From Candidatus Latescibacterota bacterium (GTDB lineage: Bacteria; Latescibacterota; UBA2968; UBA8231): a stretch of DNA of 64,000 bases. The number at the start of each line of letters is the position of its first letter. Position 1 is the stretch's first letter. The notes under the pieces were generated by a model that saw nothing but the letters and a program-made list of their open reading frames with translations, was not told where the DNA came from and searched no databases. The translations under genes and the position numbers were made by a program. This document shows, in pieces, positions 59,325-64,000 of this stretch. Location: the NCBI GenBank assembly GCA_965204725.1, contig OZ242005.1:2016001-2080000 (forward strand), given 5' to 3'.

Positions 59325-60170
59325 ATGAAATTTAGCGAAGCACAATTGGCGCAGTACCGCACGGACGGCTACGTCATCACCGAGTGCCCGTTCCCCCAAA
59401 GCCTCACCGAGGAGTGCATGGACGCGGTCAAAAAGGCGGCCCAAGACCCAACGGCAGGGCCAGCCGATGGCAGCAAGCGGAATCACTTTCACCTGCGGCC
59501 GCAGGTGGAAGACTCGTACTGGTGCGCCCTCGATCACGCCCTGCCGTTCCTAGAGATCATCCTGCACCCCGAAATCCTCGAACTCGCCCGCCAACTGAAC
59601 GCGGACCGCGACATCTATCTGCGCAACGGCGGCATCAACGAGCAGGCTCCGAACCGAGCGGTGGGATGGCACATCGACGGGGGGCCGGGGTGGGCGGAGT
59701 TCATGCACTACTTTTCCGGGGCTTCGCAGGAGAATGGGTGTTTGCGCATCGTCCCCGGCAGCCACACCGAGCCACCCATCGCGCTCGAGGAGAAGGCCGC
59801 CCGGCTCAGAGAAGAACGGGGCATTCCCGGTTCGCCAGCCGACGACGGCTGGGAAGACGTCGCGCTCGACGACGAGATTTCCTTGGAGGTCGAACCGCAC
59901 CAGCTCATCGTGCGCCATGCCAAGCTGTTTCACTCCACATGGCTCAACCGCACCAGTGCCTGCCGGTATCTGAGCCACTGGTTGTTCCATCCGCACCGGA
60001 TCGACAACCATCGCTTTACGTGGGGAGACTACCTGACGCCTGAGTTGCTCAAGGCACTGCATCCCGAGCAGCGGGAGGTGCTGTGGCTGGACCGCGAATT
60101 CGCCATCGACCCAGCCTACGAGCAGGAGCGCGCCCGCGAGTTGGGGCGCGTGACGTGGGGAATCGTCTGA
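59325..60170 (+). CDS. PhyH-family Fe(II)/2OG dioxygenase
   Basis: Y..DGYVI, WHID, NGCLRIVPGSH, LFH. Confidence 0.85.
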   Translation: MKFSEAQLAQYRTDGYVITECPFPQSLTEECMDAVKKAAQDPTAGPADGSKRNHFHLRPQVEDSYWCALDHALPFLEIILHPEILELARQLNADRDIYLRNGGINEQAPNRAVGWHIDGGPGWAEFMHYFSGASQENGCLRIVPGSHTEPPIALEEKAARLREERGIPGSPADDGWEDVALDDEISLEVEPHQLIVRHAKLFHSTWLNRTSACRYLSHWLFHPHRIDNHRFTWGDYLTPELLKALHPEQREVLWLDREFAIDPAYEQERARELGRVTWGIV

Positions 60171-60195
60171 ACCTTCCCGAACCCAGTGTGGCCGT

Positions 60196-61068
60196 TTACT
60201 TCTTCACTTTCCTCAACGCCCCCTTGAACGCCTTGTCGATCTCGTCGCGTGCGACGATCGCGTCCTTCCACACATCCGGGAAACAATCGAGCGCGTAGCC
60301 CGACCCCTTCGGCCCCAACTCGACGACCGCCCATAGCGTGGTGCCGCCGCGCTGGCCCTTGACCCAATGATAGAGCAAGTGCTTGAGGAAGTGGTCGCGC
60401 CAAGTGATAAAATCCGCGTCCAGCGCTCCGCGGCCATTGGTAACTGGCGTCTGGCAATGGCTGCCGGTAAAGGTGCGGAAGTGAATCAACTCGCTCATGT
60501 TGAGCAGGTCCGGGCGATATTCGGCGATGCGCTCCCAGAAGTTGGTCGGCCGTAGCTGCTTGATGATCGCCGGATGCGAGTGGTCAAAATTGGTGCGTAG
60601 CTTTTCCTCGTAGCGCTTTTCGTACTGCGCGGCCAGCGCTAGCCCCTTCTCCGGCGTCTCAGTGCAGGTGTCGCGGTGCCATTCAATCGCCGGCTTGATC
60701 CCGAGCGCGGCACCCGCCTTCATCACCGCCCGCGCCACCGTCACCGCCTTGGGGATAGCCGTGTCGTGGTCGCAGAGCTGGACGTTGATGTGCTCGGCCC
60801 CCGCTTCCTTAAAAGCCGCCAGTTTCGCCTCGGCTGCTGCTGCTGTGGCTACATCGACCCCGCCGACGAGCTGGAGCCCGTGCTTGGCGCAAGCCTCGGC
60901 GATCTCGGGAGCGGCTCCCGCGCTAAAGCCGACAAAGCCAGCGTCTTTGGCCTCGCGGACTTTGCGGTCCATCGACCATTGCTTGGCTTCGGACGGGTAG
61001 TTGGTCAACGTCCACGCGGCGGCGCAGAGTTTGAGTTGCGGTCTTTTGGCCTGCTTTTTCTTGGGCAT
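60196..61068 (-). CDS. Xylose isomerase-like TIM-barrel protein
   Basis: GF.G, E.HRDT, DHSH, H.R, ELGP..Y. Confidence 0.7.
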   Translation of the reverse strand: MPKKKQAKRPQLKLCAAAWTLTNYPSEAKQWSMDRKVREAKDAGFVGFSAGAAPEIAEACAKHGLQLVGGVDVATAAAAEAKLAAFKEAGAEHINVQLCDHDTAIPKAVTVARAVMKAGAALGIKPAIEWHRDTCTETPEKGLALAAQYEKRYEEKLRTNFDHSHPAIIKQLRPTNFWERIAEYRPDLLNMSELIHFRTFTGSHCQTPVTNGRGALDADFITWRDHFLKHLLYHWVKGQRGGTTLWAVVELGPKGSGYALDCFPDVWKDAIVARDEIDKAFKGALRKVKK

Positions 61069-61197
61069 TATCCTCTCCTTTACGTGAAAAAATTAAACGA
61101 CGATGCTTGGTGCGCCTCACCTCTCAAGCATACTCAAACACCTAAGCACGCAACACCTACTTTGCGTATGCCTTTTCTGGTGTTGCCGCTGCGTCCG

Positions 61198-61244
61198 GGA
61201 TCGAGGGCGTCCCGCCCTCGACGAGGGCAAGATGCCCTCGATCC
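61198..61244. repeat. Inverted REP-like doublet
   Basis: ggatcgagggcgtcccgccctcg-a-cgagggcaagatgccctcgatcc: two short hairpins that together form one long inverted repeat. Confidence 0.7.
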
Positions 61245-61320
61245 TTGGAAGGCGGGAGGCTGGTGTCATGTAGTAAGCTCAAACACATCAACCTCTTGGA
61301 TGAGGGGAAAATCTCCGCTC

Positions 61321-62139
61321 CTAAACGGCAATCCGCTCTCCCCCCGCATACACATTGAACCCCCGCCCGCGCAAAAATCCCAACAGCGTCATCCCCGATT
61401 CCCGCGCCAAATCCACCGCCAAGCTCGATGGCGCGGATACCGCGGCGACCACCGCAATCCCCGCCATCCACGCCTTTTGCACGATCTCAAAGCTGGTGCG
61501 GCCGCTGACCATCAACACGCTCTGGGCCGGCACCGGCTCGTTGTGCAGCGCGTAGTGGCCGATGAGCTTGTCAACCGCGTTGTGCCGGCCCACGTCCTCG
61601 CGCAAAACGAGCAAGTCGCCCGCCGGATCAAACAGAGCCGCGGCGTGCAGCGAGCCGGTTTGCTCAAATACATCCTGTGCTTGGCGCATGCGGTCGCCGA
61701 GACCGTAGAGCATGGCTATTGGCACGGTAAAGTTTTCCGTCAGCGCGGGGGCCTCGCCGGCAATGGCCTCAATGCTGGCCTTGCCGCAGACTCCGCAACT
61801 CGACGAGGCATAGAAGTTGCGCTGGAGTCGCTGCTGATCAAAGTCCACGCCAGCGGCCAGCTTGACCTCGACAATATTCTCCTCGTTGGGCGGCTCCGCG
61901 GCCGTGCAGTACGAGATCGCGCCCAAGTCCTGCGGCGCTTGGATCAGCCCCTCGGTACACAAAAAGCCGGCCGCCAACTCAAAGTCGTGGCGCGGGGTGC
62001 GCATGACCACTGCGATCGGCGTCTCCGCCACGCGAATCTCCAGCGGCTCCTCAACCGTTACCAAGTCGTCTTCGGCCGCTTGGGCCGCCTCGCGGAATCG
62101 CCAGATCGACCGCTGCGTCACCCGCTGCTGCCGCTCCAT
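61321..62139 (-). CDS. fdhD: Formate dehydrogenase accessory sulfurtransferase
   Basis: EEPLEI, MRTP, SSCGVCG, TG.LHAA, EDVGRHNAVDK, VSAPSSLA. Confidence 0.95.
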   Translation of the reverse strand: MERQQRVTQRSIWRFREAAQAAEDDLVTVEEPLEIRVAETPIAVVMRTPRHDFELAAGFLCTEGLIQAPQDLGAISYCTAAEPPNEENIVEVKLAAGVDFDQQRLQRNFYASSSCGVCGKASIEAIAGEAPALTENFTVPIAMLYGLGDRMRQAQDVFEQTGSLHAAALFDPAGDLLVLREDVGRHNAVDKLIGHYALHNEPVPAQSVLMVSGRTSFEIVQKAWMAGIAVVAAVSAPSSLAVDLARESGMTLLGFLRGRGFNVYAGGERIAV

Positions 62140-63563
62140 CACATCGGCCCCACGCGCCGAGGCCCCCGATCCATCGCCAGCATCGAAGCGTCGAAGCTCT
62201 TTTGCATCAGTTCCAGCTTGAGCGGCTGCGCTTCCGGCTCGTCCCACATATTTTCAAACTCACCGGGGTCCTCGTCCAAGTCGTACAGCTCGCCCAAATC
62301 GTGCCCGTGATAGAGCACCAGCTTGTAGCGCTCGTCGCGGTACATGGTGGCAAAGGTGCCATCGGGCGCGGCCAAGGCGTCGTAGTACTCGCAGCGGACG
62401 AAGTCGCGGTGCGGTGCCGCGCTCTCGCCGCGCAAAATCGGCCCAAGCGAGCGGCCCGTCATCCGCTCCGGCACCTCCAGCCCGGCTAGCTCCAGCAGCG
62501 TCGGCGCTTTATCGGTCAGTTCAACTAAATCGCGGCGCACCAAGCCCTGCTCAAAGCACCCCGGCCAAGAAAAAATCAGCGGCACCCGCACCAAGCCCTC
62601 GTAAAAGCGGCACCCCTTTTGGATCAGCCCGTGGTCGCCGAGCATTTCGCCGTGGTCAGAGGTAAAAATCACCACTGTATTGTCGCGCTGGCCCGTGGCT
62701 TCGAGTGCGGCCAGCATCCGGCCCACTTGGTCGTCAATCTGCTTGATCATCGCGCAGTACGCCGCCTGCAACACGCGCGCGTCCGCCCCGGGCGTCGGGC
62801 GGCCTTGGTGCAAGGGGTCGCGGATATCGAGTTGGTCGGGCCGCCGCCCCTTGGACTGGAAATCAATCGCCGCTAGCTTTTCCTGTTGTGCCAAGTCGCG
62901 GTCGGCAAACAGCGGCCCGGGCATGGTCGCCGGGTCAAAGCGGTCGCGGTAGCTCTGCGGCGGATTGAACGGCGGGTGTGGGTCGTAAATGTTGACGCTG
63001 GCCAGCCAAGGGCCATCGCGCTTTTGGTTCATAAACTCAATGGTCTTCTCCGCGCACCACGTCGTCTGGTGGAATTCGGCGGGCAATCCGCAGGGATATT
63101 GCTTCATCAACTCGCCTAAGACTTCCCCCTTTTCCCGCACCCAGTCGGCATAGCCGTGCCCCTGCGGCCAGTCGTCGCGGGGCGCGTGGCTGTATTCCCA
63201 ATAGCGGTATCCGTCGTTGACGCGCGGCTCAATGCGGCGATAGGCACTGGCCAAGTGCAGCTTGCCAATTAGCCCACAGTCGTACCCGGCCTCGGCCAAC
63301 ATCCGCGTGACCAGCGGCGGGTGATCGGGAAAACTATCGAGGCCATTGCCGTTAATGTGGACAGCACTGGCGTACTGGCCGGTGAGAAAACTCGCCCGGC
63401 TCGGCGTGCAGATCGGGCTTTGGCAATAGGCGCGAGTAAAAGCCACGCCCTCGGCGACCAGCCGATCGATGTGCGGCGTATCAACGTGGGCATAACCGAG
63501 GGCGCCGATGGTGTCGTAGCGCTGTTGATCCGTGCAGATCCAGAGGATGTTGGGAGGCGTCAT
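62139..63563 (-). CDS. Sulfatase (formylglycine-dependent)
   Basis: PNILWICTDQ, CTPSR, GKLHL, DPHPP, SDHG, ELYDL..DP.E. Confidence 0.93.
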   Translation of the reverse strand: MTPPNILWICTDQQRYDTIGALGYAHVDTPHIDRLVAEGVAFTRAYCQSPICTPSRASFLTGQYASAVHINGNGLDSFPDHPPLVTRMLAEAGYDCGLIGKLHLASAYRRIEPRVNDGYRYWEYSHAPRDDWPQGHGYADWVREKGEVLGELMKQYPCGLPAEFHQTTWCAEKTIEFMNQKRDGPWLASVNIYDPHPPFNPPQSYRDRFDPATMPGPLFADRDLAQQEKLAAIDFQSKGRRPDQLDIRDPLHQGRPTPGADARVLQAAYCAMIKQIDDQVGRMLAALEATGQRDNTVVIFTSDHGEMLGDHGLIQKGCRFYEGLVRVPLIFSWPGCFEQGLVRRDLVELTDKAPTLLELAGLEVPERMTGRSLGPILRGESAAPHRDFVRCEYYDALAAPDGTFATMYRDERYKLVLYHGHDLGELYDLDEDPGEFENMWDEPEAQPLKLELMQKSFDASMLAMDRGPRRVGPM

Positions 63564-63730
63564 GGCGGAAGCTCCTGTGTTGGATAAGTCTTGCTTTTTG
63601 GATAAGTTACGCCGCTGTGTGACGCGGCACAAGGAGGGGTTGGGAGGGGCGTTAGGCGAGTGCGATTGTTGGTTTTTAGTTGCTGCGGCGGGTATGCCGA
63701 GGGGAGGTTAGAATCGATGGGGGCTAGTGA

Positions 63731-63934
63731 AACGCAGACGCTGCTCAAGCCAGACAAATCAACCAAGCGCAAAAGCGCGTTAGTATCCGCTTTCTCGTCT
63801 GGATGATTCAATCCTTAGACCGAGGAACCCGGCGTCTGGGCGTACCGCGCCACTCGCTCGTCACGTTCTGGATATCCGAGCGTCTCAAAAAGCCCAAAGC
63901 TGAACCGCCAGCGACATGTATCCCGGCGGCCTAA
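63731..63934 (+). pseudogene. N-terminally truncated BrnA/CopG-type antitoxin remnant
   Basis: Reads ARQINQAQKRVSIRFLVWMIQSLDRGTRRLGVPRHSLVTFWISERL; preceded in frame by stop codons and has no start. Confidence 0.55.
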
Positions 63935-64000
63935 GCAGTGCGCCTCGTGACTGATTGTCCGACATCCGGGATCATACTCGCACCTCTCCCGTTTTCAGCC

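Noticed and set aside
60676-62310. 544-aa plus-strand ORF and other long antisense ORFs (e.g. 50799-51812, 25302-26219, 39336-40223)
   Set aside because: Shadow frames of well-supported genes in high-GC DNA; Arg/Pro-rich with no motifs.

Overview
GC-rich bacterial chromosome segment. The gene content (PhyH dioxygenases, a sulfatase, AAA/DUF4143 ATPases, many toxin-antitoxin modules) resembles uncultured, possibly host-associated lineages such as Latescibacterota/Gemmatimonadota; this is inference only. About 1-20 kb is accessory DNA. It is dominated by five paralogous GT-C-fold (ArnT/PMT-like) membrane glycosyltransferase genes with an uncharacterised C-terminal domain, arranged in two translationally coupled tandem arrays (ATGA overlaps). 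The paralogs are mosaics of each other, and one is split by a deletion. An unrelated GT-C gene and a decaprenyl-phosphate phosphoribosyltransferase lie nearby. A 2.3 kb islet bounded by a 41-bp duplication of a gene 3' end carries an intact IS5 (IS1031-type), an IS91-like remnant and a low-GC membrane gene. About 21-45 kb is housekeeping: rplM-rpsI-rpsB-tsf-frr without pyrH, ispDF, queA, pyrC, an rnhB-YraN fusion, hrcA-grpE-dnaJ without dnaK, glnA, hemC and cobA/hemD. About 48-64 kb holds a selenocysteine formate dehydrogenase (in-frame TGA plus SECIS), fdhD, uxaC, class I fumarase, a sulfatase, and a toxin-antitoxin hotspot with a MITE and REP-like palindromes. No rRNA, tRNA or CRISPR array was recognised. 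All family calls are motif recognition by eye, not database searches.
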